64,000 nt of DNA from Alphaproteobacteria bacterium (GTDB taxonomy: Bacteria; Pseudomonadota; Alphaproteobacteria; UBA8366; GCA-2717185): assembly GCA_028822585.1 (NCBI GenBank), contig JAPKDL010000005.1, forward strand, positions 16,528-80,527, in the 5' to 3' direction. Made by a program: the position numbers and the translations under genes. Positions 47,886 through 56,747 of the stretch are shown in pieces. Numbering within the stretch: the stretch's first letter is position 1; each line of letters opens with the position of its first letter. Under the pieces are notes generated by a model. The model was not told the DNA's origin and did no database searches. It was given only the letters and a program-made list of their open reading frames with translations.

Positions 47886-48746
47886 TTAAACGGCGTATTT
47901 TTCGTCCAACGCCATATATTTTGCACTGTTGATCGCGACTTCCCGATCGTCGAAAGTCGCCATTACATCGCTCAATGATTCCGTGTGTCCGTCGCGCAGG
48001 ATCGCGTCGGCGGCCTGGCGCATGGCGTGCATCGCCGCACGTTGCAGATCGCCCGGCGCAATCACCAAATTGATCCCTAGTTCTTCCAGCTTGGCGCGCT
48101 GCAACACCGGCGTCTTACCGCTCCAAAACATGTTCAGCAACTTCGGCTGTGAAAATTCCGTCGAAATTCGTTCGATCTGCTCCACAGTCGTCGGCGCTTC
48201 GATAAACGCCACATCGGCGCCCGCTTCCATGTAGAGATGCATCCGATCTAACGCCGCATCGAAACCTTCGACCGCAACGGAGTCCGTGCGTGCGATGACA
48301 ATGAGATCGTCGTCTGCGGCGTTGTCTTTGATCGCGCGAATCTTCGACGCCAATTCCGCCGCCGGCACAACCGCTTTGCCTTCCATGTGGCCGCAGCGTT
48401 TCGGGAACACTTGGTCTTCGATGTGGAACCCGGCGACGCCCGCTCGTTCGAACCCTTTCAACGTGTGCAGAGCGTTCAACGCATTGCCATACCCCGTATC
48501 AAAATCCGCAATGACCGGCACATCAACGGAATCGACGATTTGCTCCAACCGCTCGACAATCTGCACCGGGTTAAACAATCCCATGTCCGGAATACCGGTG
48601 CTGCGCGCGATGCCGCCGCCGGTGGCGTATAAAAGCTCCGCCCCTGCCGCTTGCGCAATGCGCGCCGACAAGCCGTCATATACGCCGGGTATCAAGTAGG
48701 TTTTGCCGGTTTCGATAAGCTTTCGCAACGCTGTCGTTTTACGCAT
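47886..48746 (-). CDS. Isocitrate lyase/PEP mutase superfamily lyase (methylisocitrate-lyase / oxaloacetate-decarboxylase-like)
   Basis: 286 aa. 'GFHIEDQVFPKRCGHMEGK' carries the lyase-type K(R)CGH loop, not the PEP-mutase EDKxxxxxNS motif. Confidence 0.75.
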   Translation of the reverse strand: MRKTTALRKLIETGKTYLIPGVYDGLSARIAQAAGAELLYATGGGIARSTGIPDMGLFNPVQIVERLEQIVDSVDVPVIADFDTGYGNALNALHTLKGFERAGVAGFHIEDQVFPKRCGHMEGKAVVPAAELASKIRAIKDNAADDDLIVIARTDSVAVEGFDAALDRMHLYMEAGADVAFIEAPTTVEQIERISTEFSQPKLLNMFWSGKTPVLQRAKLEELGINLVIAPGDLQRAAMHAMRQAADAILRDGHTESLSDVMATFDDREVAINSAKYMALDEKYAV

Positions 48747-48790
48747 TCGAGATTTTCCTTTGTCCTTAACGTTTAAGATTAATCAGTCCG

Positions 48791-48919
48791 TCAGCGCTTG
48801 AAGCGCCGCCGCCACATCATCCGCCGCGAGACGATCGGGTCTTCGCGTTTACAATCCGCAGCTGTCACCTCCAAGCGGCGCCAGGGCGTATCAATCTTGA
48901 CAGCTTTGAAACTGCTCAT
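48791..48919 (-). CDS. Possible 42-aa micro-ORF between the TPP decarboxylase beta gene and the ICL-family gene
   Basis: My translation is 'MSSFKAVKIDTPWRRLEVTAADCKREDPIVSRRMMWRRRFKR'. The ATG is preceded by GAGG at 7 nt. It has the same orientation as its flanks and fills an otherwise 197-nt gap. It is below the track's length cutoff. Confidence 0.25.
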   Translation of the reverse strand: MSSFKAVKIDTPWRRLEVTAADCKREDPIVSRRMMWRRRFKR

Positions 48920-48946
48920 ATCACGACCTCGCTCTAAAAGGTGGAC

Positions 48947-49537
48947 TTACGCTGGCCCAAATTCTCCCCTTAAATCCTGGATCACTTCGGTGCGCGTGCG
49001 CGTCTGCCAGGGACGGCGACTGCCAATCGCTTCGTTCTGCACTTCCGGGTAGACCTTCAACGCCACAAAGATGGGGCCAGGGTTTTCAAGAATCCCCGGA
49101 AGATCATTCTTCAAATCCTCGATTTCAGTATACGCCAGCGCCTTGGGATACCCGGCGCCCTTCGCAATAGCCGCGTAATCAACGTTTTTCGCGTTCGGCA
49201 CCGGTTGCCCGCCAGTCGTTGCGTAGCATTCATTATCCAACAGGAAATGATAGAAATTCAACGGCTTCTGTTCTGCAATAGTCACCATCATACCGAGGCT
49301 CATCAGAATATCGCCTTCGGAATCAAACAGGATCACCTTGCGTTCGGGTCGCGCCAGCGCCAATCCAAACCCGAACCCCGCATGCCCCCCCATGGCCGGG
49401 TCGCCCATCGGCGCATCCAGTCCTTCGTTATCGGTCATGGGCACCCAGTGGCGTCCGCCCCGGCCGGGCACTACAAGAGCGTCACCGCGATAAGGTTTGA
49501 AGGCTTCAAGCACATCTACTGTATTCATCATCGCCAA
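48947..49537 (-). CDS. Sulfopyruvate/phosphonopyruvate decarboxylase family, beta (TPP-binding C-terminal) subunit
   Basis: 196 aa. 'FDSEGDILMSLGMMVTIAEQKPLNFYHFLLDNECYATTGGQ' is a TPP-binding GDG...NN-type motif in ComE-like form. Confidence 0.7.
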   Translation of the reverse strand: MAMMNTVDVLEAFKPYRGDALVVPGRGGRHWVPMTDNEGLDAPMGDPAMGGHAGFGFGLALARPERKVILFDSEGDILMSLGMMVTIAEQKPLNFYHFLLDNECYATTGGQPVPNAKNVDYAAIAKGAGYPKALAYTEIEDLKNDLPGILENPGPIFVALKVYPEVQNEAIGSRRPWQTRTRTEVIQDLRGEFGPA

Positions 49538-49542
49538 TACCC

Positions 49543-50091
49543 CTACCGATTGAAGCCGTGAAATTCGTCGGCAATCAGCACGACGACGGGCTTTTTAGTG
49601 CGTTCAGCTTCTTCAAAGGCAATTGAAATTCGCGGCGCATCCGCATCGCCTTCCACCAAATAATAACTCAGATTAAAGGCGTTTAAAAACCGCTCGGTGT
49701 AGGTCGCCGCCGTGTCCTTGTTGACGCCGTGACGCGTATACCCGCGATACCCGACCATCAACACAACCGGGATTTCCAGGCTCATCAGCCAGCCGCGAAT
49801 GGAATCGCCCGACTCCATCATGCCCGTGTTCTGGATCAGGATGATTGGCGTGCGACCTCCTGAGTAAAGCCCCGCTGCAATCGAACACGCATGCCCTTCC
49901 CGGCTGACCCCAACCAACCGCAACGACGGTTCCGCCTGCATTAGCAGAAACAGCCAGTTGGTTTCGCTGTCCGGCAACCAAACAACATCGGTGACGTCGT
50001 TTTTTCTCATTTCGTCCAAGACCGCTTCCGGACTTAGAACGGCGACCGCCACATCATCCATGGTGTTCTCCCCCAAATACATTGCCATCAA
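49543..50091 (-). CDS. Sulfopyruvate/phosphonopyruvate decarboxylase family, alpha (TPP pyrimidine-binding) subunit
   Basis: 182 aa. 'SREGHACSIAAGLYSGGRTPIILIQNTGMMESGDSI...VVLMVGYRG' resembles ComD / the Ppd N-terminal half. The stop lies 5 nt before the beta start. Confidence 0.7.
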   Translation of the reverse strand: MMAMYLGENTMDDVAVAVLSPEAVLDEMRKNDVTDVVWLPDSETNWLFLLMQAEPSLRLVGVSREGHACSIAAGLYSGGRTPIILIQNTGMMESGDSIRGWLMSLEIPVVLMVGYRGYTRHGVNKDTAATYTERFLNAFNLSYYLVEGDADAPRISIAFEEAERTKKPVVVLIADEFHGFNR

Positions 50092-50314
50092 TTCATGGCG
50101 CGGGAGCCTACATCACCGGTTTCGGATCGTACACCTTATGAAATGAGGTATCGTTAATAGAAAGCGAATGAAGCGCGAAAGCTTTGCGCTAATAGCCCAG
50201 GAGAAACAGTTCCATATCCACCGGTAAGGGCAGAAAAATTCCACCCTCACCAATTCACTGGTGAAATAATCTATCGCCAAAGACCTGAACACCCCAATCC
50301 CGGCATCCTAAGAG

Positions 50315-50656
50315 TTAGCCTATTTTCGTTTCTAGCTTCCGCGACGTGGGTTCATAGTCCTGATGTAACGCGCGGTGCATTTTGACACGTCTGTCCATAC
50401 GCGATTCCTCGCCTGAACAGGCGTAAAAAATATCGCATATCTGGCGCATTTGAATTCGACGTGAAAACCACGATATTACGCCGCGCCAACCGACCACTTT
50501 GGATGTAAGGCGCAAACAATTCTTCTGGGAAAGCAACCGATGGGGGGGGGTGACATCGGAAAACATCACCACCGGCTTTTCTACCGCCAACATAAGGGTA
50601 AGCTCCCTACCCTCGTGTGAGCCGATCTCTGGCCGAATTATATCTTCGTCATACAT
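50315..50656 (-). CDS. Hypothetical 113-aa protein containing a C9 (plus-strand G9) homopolymer
   Basis: This is the only ORF in an 810-bp AT-richer gap. I recognised no motif. See the finding on the homopolymer. Confidence 0.35.
   Translation of the reverse strand: MYDEDIIRPEIGSHEGRELTLMLAVEKPVVMFSDVTPPHRLLSQKNCLRLTSKVVGWRGVISWFSRRIQMRQICDIFYACSGEESRMDRRVKMHRALHQDYEPTSRKLETKIG
50542..50550. repeat. G9 homopolymer tract (C9 on the coding strand of ORF 50315..50656)
   Basis: The sequence is 'ccga t ggggggggg tgac'. It encodes 'TPP' within 'FSDVTPPHR'. Confidence 0.9.
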
Positions 50657-50904
50657 AACAGTTTGTCTGGTTTACTCAAAAAACCGGCCCCTTAAATGGA
50701 CGCGAACCGAAAGAATAAATTGCAGGGGTCAGCCACACTAGCCGCATAGGAAAACATTTTCTGCAGCGTCTTTCAGACAGAAAGGGTGAAATTGCCGTTC
50801 AGACCTGATGGGTGTTGTGAACACGGTGCCAATACAGCATTCTTCCGGACCTTCGCCCCGCCTATTTCAAACGGCGGCGCGTTTGTTATTTTGGAGCCTT
50901 GTGA

Positions 50905-53004
50905 ATGTCCGACTACTCCCTTGGCGTCGATATCGGCGGCACCTTCACCGATATCGTTGTCTACGACCACACCACCAACCAGCAGCTCAACCGGAAAGTC
51001 CTCACCACCCATGACGACCCGTCCCGTGCGGTCATTGACGGCGCCGCGCATTTGTTGGACGCGCATGAATTGGACCCCGGTGAATTTTCGCGCTTCGTGC
51101 ATGCCACGACGTTGTTCACCAACGCCCTGGTTGAACGAAAAGGCGCCGTCACCGGGTTGTTGACGACGGACGGGTTCCGCGATTTTCTCGAAATTGGTCG
51201 CGAACGAAAATACGAGCTTTACGACATCGCGATTGAAAAACCAGAACCCCTGGTGCCGCGCGACCTGCGCCGGGAAGTTATCGAGCGGATAACGTCCGAC
51301 GGCGCGGTCCGAACCCCGTTGGACACGAACAGCCTGTTCACCTCCGCCGACCGATTGATTACGTCCGGCGCGGAATCCATCGCCATTGTGTTCCTGCATT
51401 CGTATTTAAACGCCGCCCATGAACGCGAGGCGCTGGACGCGCTGACCACGAAATACCCCGACGTTAGCTTCACCGCGTCTTTTGAAGTCGCGCCGGAAAT
51501 TCGCGAATACGAACGCGGGTCGACCACGGTCGCCAACGCCTATGTCAAACCATTGGCGGAAAATTACCTGGAATCTCTGGCGGGCAAGATCGCCGGCCTG
51601 GGCGTGGACGCCACATTGTTGTTGATGATTTCCAGTGGCGGGTTGACCCATGTCGCCGAAGCCAAACGAACGCCAGTCCAGATGTTGGAATCCGGCCCGG
51701 CGGCGGGCGCATTGGCGGGCGCGTTCTTTGGTGCCGAAGACGCAGGCGGAAATCTGTTGGCATTCGACATGGGCGGCACCACCGCCAAGCTCAGTCTTGT
51801 GGATGATGGCGAGCCGTTGATCGCTTACACCTTTGAAGCCGCGCGGCAAAAGCGTTTCATGGAAAACAGCGGATTGCCGATCCGCATCTCGACCATTGAA
51901 TTGATCGAGATTGGCGCGGGCGGCGGCTCCATCGCCCATACCGACGCTTTGGGTCTATTGAAAGTCGGGCCGCGCAGCGCCGGGTCGGAACCTGGCCCCG
52001 CGGCCTATGGCCAGGGCGGGACAGCGGCCACGGTCACCGATGCTGATTTCGCGCTGGGTTATTTAAACGCCGACAATTTCGCGGGCGGCACCGTGACCAT
52101 CGATCTGGCCGCAGGAACCAAAGCGCTCGACAGCTTGGCCACGGAGACAGGCTTGAGCCGTGAACAGATCGCCTGGGGCGTGCATGACGTGGTCAATGAA
52201 AACATGGCCAGCGCCGCGCGCGTCCACATCGCCGAACGGGGCCGCGACCCGCGCAACTACGCCTTATTATGTACGGGCGGCGCCGGGCCGGTACATGCCT
52301 ATTACGTCGCCAAGAAGCTTGGCCTGAAACAAATTATTTGCCCGGCCTCGGCAGGCGTCGCCTCGGCATTAGGGTTATTGGTCGCGCCGGGGCGCGTGGA
52401 CCGTGTAGCTACGGTCGGCTTCCGGCTCAACGACCACGACCCCGCCGAACTAGAGTGCGTCTTCAACAATTTGGAACGGGACGCGCAAGGCGTTATCGCC
52501 GCCACCGGACTCGACCCCGCTTCTACGCAATTCAACCGCTTGGCCGATGGACGTTTCGTAGGACAAGGCTTCGACCTTGTCGTCAATTTGCCGGGTGGCC
52601 CCTATACCGGCGACCGGGCGAGTGTGCGTCAATCTCTCGTGGACGCGTTCATGGCGGGCTACCGTGAGAAATTTGGCCGCACCCCGCCCAACGTACCCAT
52701 CGAATTTATGAATGTCCGCCTGTCCGCCACGGCGCCCGTCCCCGGCGGCGAGGTGTTGTTGAGCGGCAACAAGGGCGGCGGCGGCGCAACGCCGACCGGA
52801 ACCCGCCCGGCCTACTTTCCCGAAACCGGCTACGTAGACACCGCTGTCTATGACCGCCCCGGCCTGCATGTCGGCGATGAATTCCCCGGCCCCGCCATTA
52901 TCGAAGATTCCGGCTCCACCCTGATTGTTGGGCCCGGTGCCAAGGTCCGCGTCGCAGACACCGGCAACGTTATCGTCACCCTACCCGAAGGAGCCTCAGT
53001 ATGA
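50905..53004 (+). CDS. hyuA: Hydantoinase A/oxoprolinase family protein (pair 2, alpha)
   Basis: 699 aa with 'YSLGVDIGGTFTDIV' and 'FDMGGTTAKL'. A 4-nt ATGA overlap links it to the next gene. Confidence 0.8.
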   Translation: MSDYSLGVDIGGTFTDIVVYDHTTNQQLNRKVLTTHDDPSRAVIDGAAHLLDAHELDPGEFSRFVHATTLFTNALVERKGAVTGLLTTDGFRDFLEIGRERKYELYDIAIEKPEPLVPRDLRREVIERITSDGAVRTPLDTNSLFTSADRLITSGAESIAIVFLHSYLNAAHEREALDALTTKYPDVSFTASFEVAPEIREYERGSTTVANAYVKPLAENYLESLAGKIAGLGVDATLLLMISSGGLTHVAEAKRTPVQMLESGPAAGALAGAFFGAEDAGGNLLAFDMGGTTAKLSLVDDGEPLIAYTFEAARQKRFMENSGLPIRISTIELIEIGAGGGSIAHTDALGLLKVGPRSAGSEPGPAAYGQGGTAATVTDADFALGYLNADNFAGGTVTIDLAAGTKALDSLATETGLSREQIAWGVHDVVNENMASAARVHIAERGRDPRNYALLCTGGAGPVHAYYVAKKLGLKQIICPASAGVASALGLLVAPGRVDRVATVGFRLNDHDPAELECVFNNLERDAQGVIAATGLDPASTQFNRLADGRFVGQGFDLVVNLPGGPYTGDRASVRQSLVDAFMAGYREKFGRTPPNVPIEFMNVRLSATAPVPGGEVLLSGNKGGGGATPTGTRPAYFPETGYVDTAVYDRPGLHVGDEFPGPAIIEDSGSTLIVGPGAKVRVADTGNVIVTLPEGASV

Positions 53005-54608
53005 CCGAACAAAAATCCCGTTATGACAGTATCCTTCTGGAAGTCGTGTGGACCCGGATGATTTCCATCGTTGATGAAGCCGCGAAGGCGATCGTGCGCA
53101 CCTCATTCTCGACCTTGTCCAATGAAGCCAACGATTTCGCCTGCGTCCTGACCGACAATCGCGGTTTTTCCCTGGCCCAGAACAGCGGCAGCATTCCCTC
53201 CTTCATCGCCACCCTGCCCGCAACCGTGCGCCACTTCATAGACGAAATCGGCTACGACAATTTAGAACCCGGCGACATTCTGATCACCAACGACCCGTGG
53301 AAAGGCACCGGCCATCTTAGCGATGTCTGTCTGGTATGCCCCATCTTCCGCGGAGGTCAGATCGTCGCCTTCGCCGCGACCACGTCACATGTGCCCGATA
53401 TCGGCGGGCGATTGCGCGCCATGGAATCGCGTCAGGTCTTCGAAGAAGGCGTCCAGATCCCCCTGATGAAGATCATCAGCGCAGGCAAGACCGACGAAAC
53501 CCTGGTGAAACTTCTGACCCAGAACGTGCGCACGCCAGAACAAACCATCGGCGACATCTGGGCGCAGATTAGCGCGTGTGAATTGATGCAAGACCGCTTG
53601 CAACGGCTGATGGACGACTACGCGCTGGACGAAATCACCGCGTTGGCCGACGAACTGTTCGACCGCGCGGAAGCCGCTATGCGCAAAGTGATTTCAGACG
53701 TGCCGGATGGAACCTACCGTTACACCATCGACACCGACGGCGCGGAGGAAACCTATCATTTCGCCGTCGCCGTGACAGTGAAGGACAGCGACATTCTGGT
53801 GGATTACGACGGGACCTCGCCGTCGCAACCGCGTGCGATCAACTGCGTCATGGCCTACACCTACGCTATGTCCGCCTACGCCATCAAATGCGCATTGTTG
53901 CCGGAATTGGCCAACAACGAAGGCATGTTCCGGCCCATCAAGGTAGTCGCCCCTAAAGACACATTGGTCAACCCGAGCTACCCCGCCGCCGTCGTGGCGC
54001 GGGCCAGTACGGGGCATTACCTGCCGGTCGTCGTGTTCGGCGCGCTGCAACAAGTCATCCCGAACAAGGTCATGGCCGCCGCAGGGTCACCGCTATGGGT
54101 GTTGACCCAAACCGGTATCAACGACGACGGCAAGCCCTACACCAACGTGCTGTTCTACAATGGCGGCATGGGGGCGACGTCGGGCAAGGACGGCGAAGGC
54201 TGCCTATCCTGGCCCAGCAATATTTCGTCCTCCCCCATTGAAATTTCCGAACGCAACAGTCCCCTGTTCTGTCAGTTTAAACGCTTTGCGGTCGGATCCG
54301 GCGGCAATGGTAAACATCGCGGCGGACTGGGCCAGGAGATTGAGTTCATATCGGAATCCGAACGCCCCATCATCACGCTCTTTATGGCCGAACGCACCCG
54401 CATCGCCGCTCCTGGATTCGACGGCGGCGAAGACGGCCAACATGGTGCGGTAAAAATCAACGGCAAGAATATCGACACCAACACCCAACACGTCATGTCC
54501 AAGGGCGAAACGGTCTATCTGCGCACGCCCGGCGGCGGTGGTTATGGTGACGCGAAGGACCGCCCGACGCATTTGACCAAACTCGACCGCAAACGCGGGT
54601 ATGTCTAA
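53001..54608 (+). CDS. hyuB: Hydantoinase B/oxoprolinase family protein (pair 2, beta)
   Basis: 535 aa with 'LITNDPWKGTGHLSDV'. Confidence 0.8.
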   Translation: MTEQKSRYDSILLEVVWTRMISIVDEAAKAIVRTSFSTLSNEANDFACVLTDNRGFSLAQNSGSIPSFIATLPATVRHFIDEIGYDNLEPGDILITNDPWKGTGHLSDVCLVCPIFRGGQIVAFAATTSHVPDIGGRLRAMESRQVFEEGVQIPLMKIISAGKTDETLVKLLTQNVRTPEQTIGDIWAQISACELMQDRLQRLMDDYALDEITALADELFDRAEAAMRKVISDVPDGTYRYTIDTDGAEETYHFAVAVTVKDSDILVDYDGTSPSQPRAINCVMAYTYAMSAYAIKCALLPELANNEGMFRPIKVVAPKDTLVNPSYPAAVVARASTGHYLPVVVFGALQQVIPNKVMAAAGSPLWVLTQTGINDDGKPYTNVLFYNGGMGATSGKDGEGCLSWPSNISSSPIEISERNSPLFCQFKRFAVGSGGNGKHRGGLGQEIEFISESERPIITLFMAERTRIAAPGFDGGEDGQHGAVKINGKNIDTNTQHVMSKGETVYLRTPGGGGYGDAKDRPTHLTKLDRKRGYV

Positions 54609-54674
54609 CCATATTGCGGACCGCGCCCAAAACTTTAAGATATTGACCCAACACCAACCAACAGAGGTAGCACT

Positions 54675-56555
54675 GTGTCCATCCAAACCGACCCCGAGAC
54701 CGGCCTAAAAATCTTCAACACGCGCGCCGCCAAAGCCACCGATAAAATCACTGGACAAGGATACGCCATTATCGACGACGAGGCGCTGAAGACGCTTCCC
54801 CCCGCTCCCCCCGGCGCAGCGTTCAACGCCCAGGAACAGGCGAAGTATCGCGAGTTCAAGGAAGCGCGCCAAGGTGCCGCGGATTACATGGCGATGGAAG
54901 GCGCGTTCAGCAAATATCTGGAAGACGTCTACTCCGAACCCCCGATCAAGCGTGAGGCCCTGACTGATGAATGTGAAATTCTGGTGGTCGGTGCCGGGTT
55001 CGCAGGGCTTCTGCTATGGTACAAGCTGCGCGCAGCAGGGTTCAAAGACGTCCGGTTTTGCGAAAAAGGCGGAGATGTGGGCGGCACGTGGTACTGGAAC
55101 CGCTATCCCGGCATTGCCTGCGACGTGGAATCCTACAGCTATCTGCCGCTGCTCGAAGAGATGGGCTACTATCCGACGATGAAGTTTGCCTCCGGGTTCG
55201 AAATCCTAGAATACTGCCAGTCGATGGCCACAAAATTCGGCTTCTATGACCATTGCCTGTTCCACACCACCGTTGAAAAATCCGACTGGGACGAGGCAGC
55301 GGGCCGTTGGACAGTGCACACCGACCGGGGCGACAAGATGCGCGCGCGTTATGTCGTCCTTGCCAATGGCATCTTGACGACGCCAAAACTGGCCCGCATA
55401 GATGGCATGGAAAGCTTCAAAGGCGACTCCTTCCACACCTCGCGCTGGAATTACCACGTCGACTTGAAAGACAAGCGCGTCGGCGTCATCGGGTCCGGCG
55501 CCACCGCCGTACAAGCGGTTCCAGAACTCGCCAAAATCGTCAAGGAACTCTATGTGTTTCAACGCACGCCCTCCTCCATCGACGTGCGCGACCAACGCGC
55601 CACGACGGCGGAAGAAATTGAGACGTGGTCGCAGGAACCCGGCTGGGCGCTGGCCCGGCGCGAACGGCTCGCCAAAATTTCATCAGGCCGAACCGCGTTG
55701 AAAGGCAATGACGACTACCTGTCCGGCAAGGTCGATGATTTCAAGGTGCGCAAAAAGCACAACTCAGTCCTGTCGCCGGAAGAGATGATGCAACGCCAGC
55801 TCAACTCCAACTTCCGCATCATGGAGCAAATCCGCGCTCGGGTGGACGCAACCGTCAAGGATCCCAAAACCGCCGAGGCGTTGAAACCTTACTACCCCTA
55901 TGGCTGCAAACGACCCGCCTTCCATGATGAATTCCTGGCTACCTTCAACAAGCCCCATGTCACACTGGTCGACACCGCGCCGTTGGGCGTCGCCAAGATC
56001 AACGAGGCGGGCATCGTCCATAACGGCGTGGAATATCCGGTCGATGTGCTGATTTACGCGACTGGGTTCCAGTGGATGGCGACGTCCACCTTCAACATGA
56101 TCACCGGGCGTGACGGCCAGGTCCTGCAGGAAAAGTGGAAGACAGGCGGCGTGAAGACGTTCCTGGGGTTACACAGCAACGGCTTCCCAAACCTATTCAT
56201 CATGTCTGGGCCCCAGGGCGGCGGCGGCCAGTTCAACTTTATCCGAGGGTTGGAAGCGCACACGGATTACGTGACCTGGATGATGGAGACCTTGCGCGAG
56301 CGCGGCGCAGGGATCGTCGACATTAAACAAGAGCCGGAAGACGCGTATGCCGAGCACTGCAAAGTTGTCGACATCGCGACGCGCCCGTTGCGTGACTGCG
56401 TATCGTATTACAACGGCGAAGGCAACGCGAACCCCGGCAGCCTAGCCTATTACGGCGGCCCGACAAAATGGCATGAACTGCGCACCGCCGCGCAAGAAAC
56501 GATGGACGTATACGTGTTCGAACCCGCCCCAGAAGGCGAAGTCGCGGCGGAGTAA
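54675..56555 (+). CDS. Type I Baeyer-Villiger monooxygenase (FAD/NADPH-dependent) with about 100-aa N-terminal extension (HAPMO-like)
   Basis: 'VVGAGFAGL' and 'VIGSGATAVQ' are Rossmann motifs. 'FKGDSFHTSRW' is the BVMO fingerprint FxGxxxHxxxW. The start is GTG. Confidence 0.85.
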   Translation: MSIQTDPETGLKIFNTRAAKATDKITGQGYAIIDDEALKTLPPAPPGAAFNAQEQAKYREFKEARQGAADYMAMEGAFSKYLEDVYSEPPIKREALTDECEILVVGAGFAGLLLWYKLRAAGFKDVRFCEKGGDVGGTWYWNRYPGIACDVESYSYLPLLEEMGYYPTMKFASGFEILEYCQSMATKFGFYDHCLFHTTVEKSDWDEAAGRWTVHTDRGDKMRARYVVLANGILTTPKLARIDGMESFKGDSFHTSRWNYHVDLKDKRVGVIGSGATAVQAVPELAKIVKELYVFQRTPSSIDVRDQRATTAEEIETWSQEPGWALARRERLAKISSGRTALKGNDDYLSGKVDDFKVRKKHNSVLSPEEMMQRQLNSNFRIMEQIRARVDATVKDPKTAEALKPYYPYGCKRPAFHDEFLATFNKPHVTLVDTAPLGVAKINEAGIVHNGVEYPVDVLIYATGFQWMATSTFNMITGRDGQVLQEKWKTGGVKTFLGLHSNGFPNLFIMSGPQGGGGQFNFIRGLEAHTDYVTWMMETLRERGAGIVDIKQEPEDAYAEHCKVVDIATRPLRDCVSYYNGEGNANPGSLAYYGGPTKWHELRTAAQETMDVYVFEPAPEGEVAAE

Positions 56556-56629
56556 AGCGGAATAGGAGACAGAATTGGCGGTGAAGTAGAGGCTAAATTA
56601 GCAACGGAATAAACGCCCCTTGAGTTGCC

Positions 56630-56649
56630 ATTCCTACGGAGGTAGGAAT
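56630..56649. repeat. Palindromic element attcctac-ggag-gtaggaat (possible weak terminator for the BVMO gene)
   Basis: It has an 8-bp perfect stem and a 4-nt loop, followed by 'tcatcttt'. Its 'attcct..ggagg' core is related to the repeats at 56693, 57671 and 57959. Confidence 0.45.
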
Positions 56650-56692
56650 TCATCTTTGCTGGAGGTCTCCGCATTTTCAAATGTTTCTGGAT

Positions 56693-56708
56693 CCCTGCCT
56701 CCGCAGGG
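56693..56708. repeat. Palindromic element ccctgc-ctcc-gcaggg (CCTGCCTCCGCAG core)
   Basis: It has a 6-bp stem. The 17-nt 'ggatccctgcctccgcag' nearly matches 'ggattcctgcctccgcag' at 57951..57968. Confidence 0.5.
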
Positions 56709-56747
56709 GTGACGGAATTTGGCAGAATGCTCGCAAGGAGAACCACC

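Noticed and set aside
47886-50091. Phosphonate biosynthesis locus (PEP mutase plus phosphonopyruvate decarboxylase).
   Set aside because: The ICL/PEPM-fold protein has 'EDQVFPKRCGH', the K(R)CGH lyase loop of isocitrate/methylisocitrate lyases. It lacks the PEP-mutase signature E-D-K-x5-N-S. No aminotransferase or other phosphonate-tailoring gene is adjacent. The association is kept only as an unusual lyase plus decarboxylase pairing.
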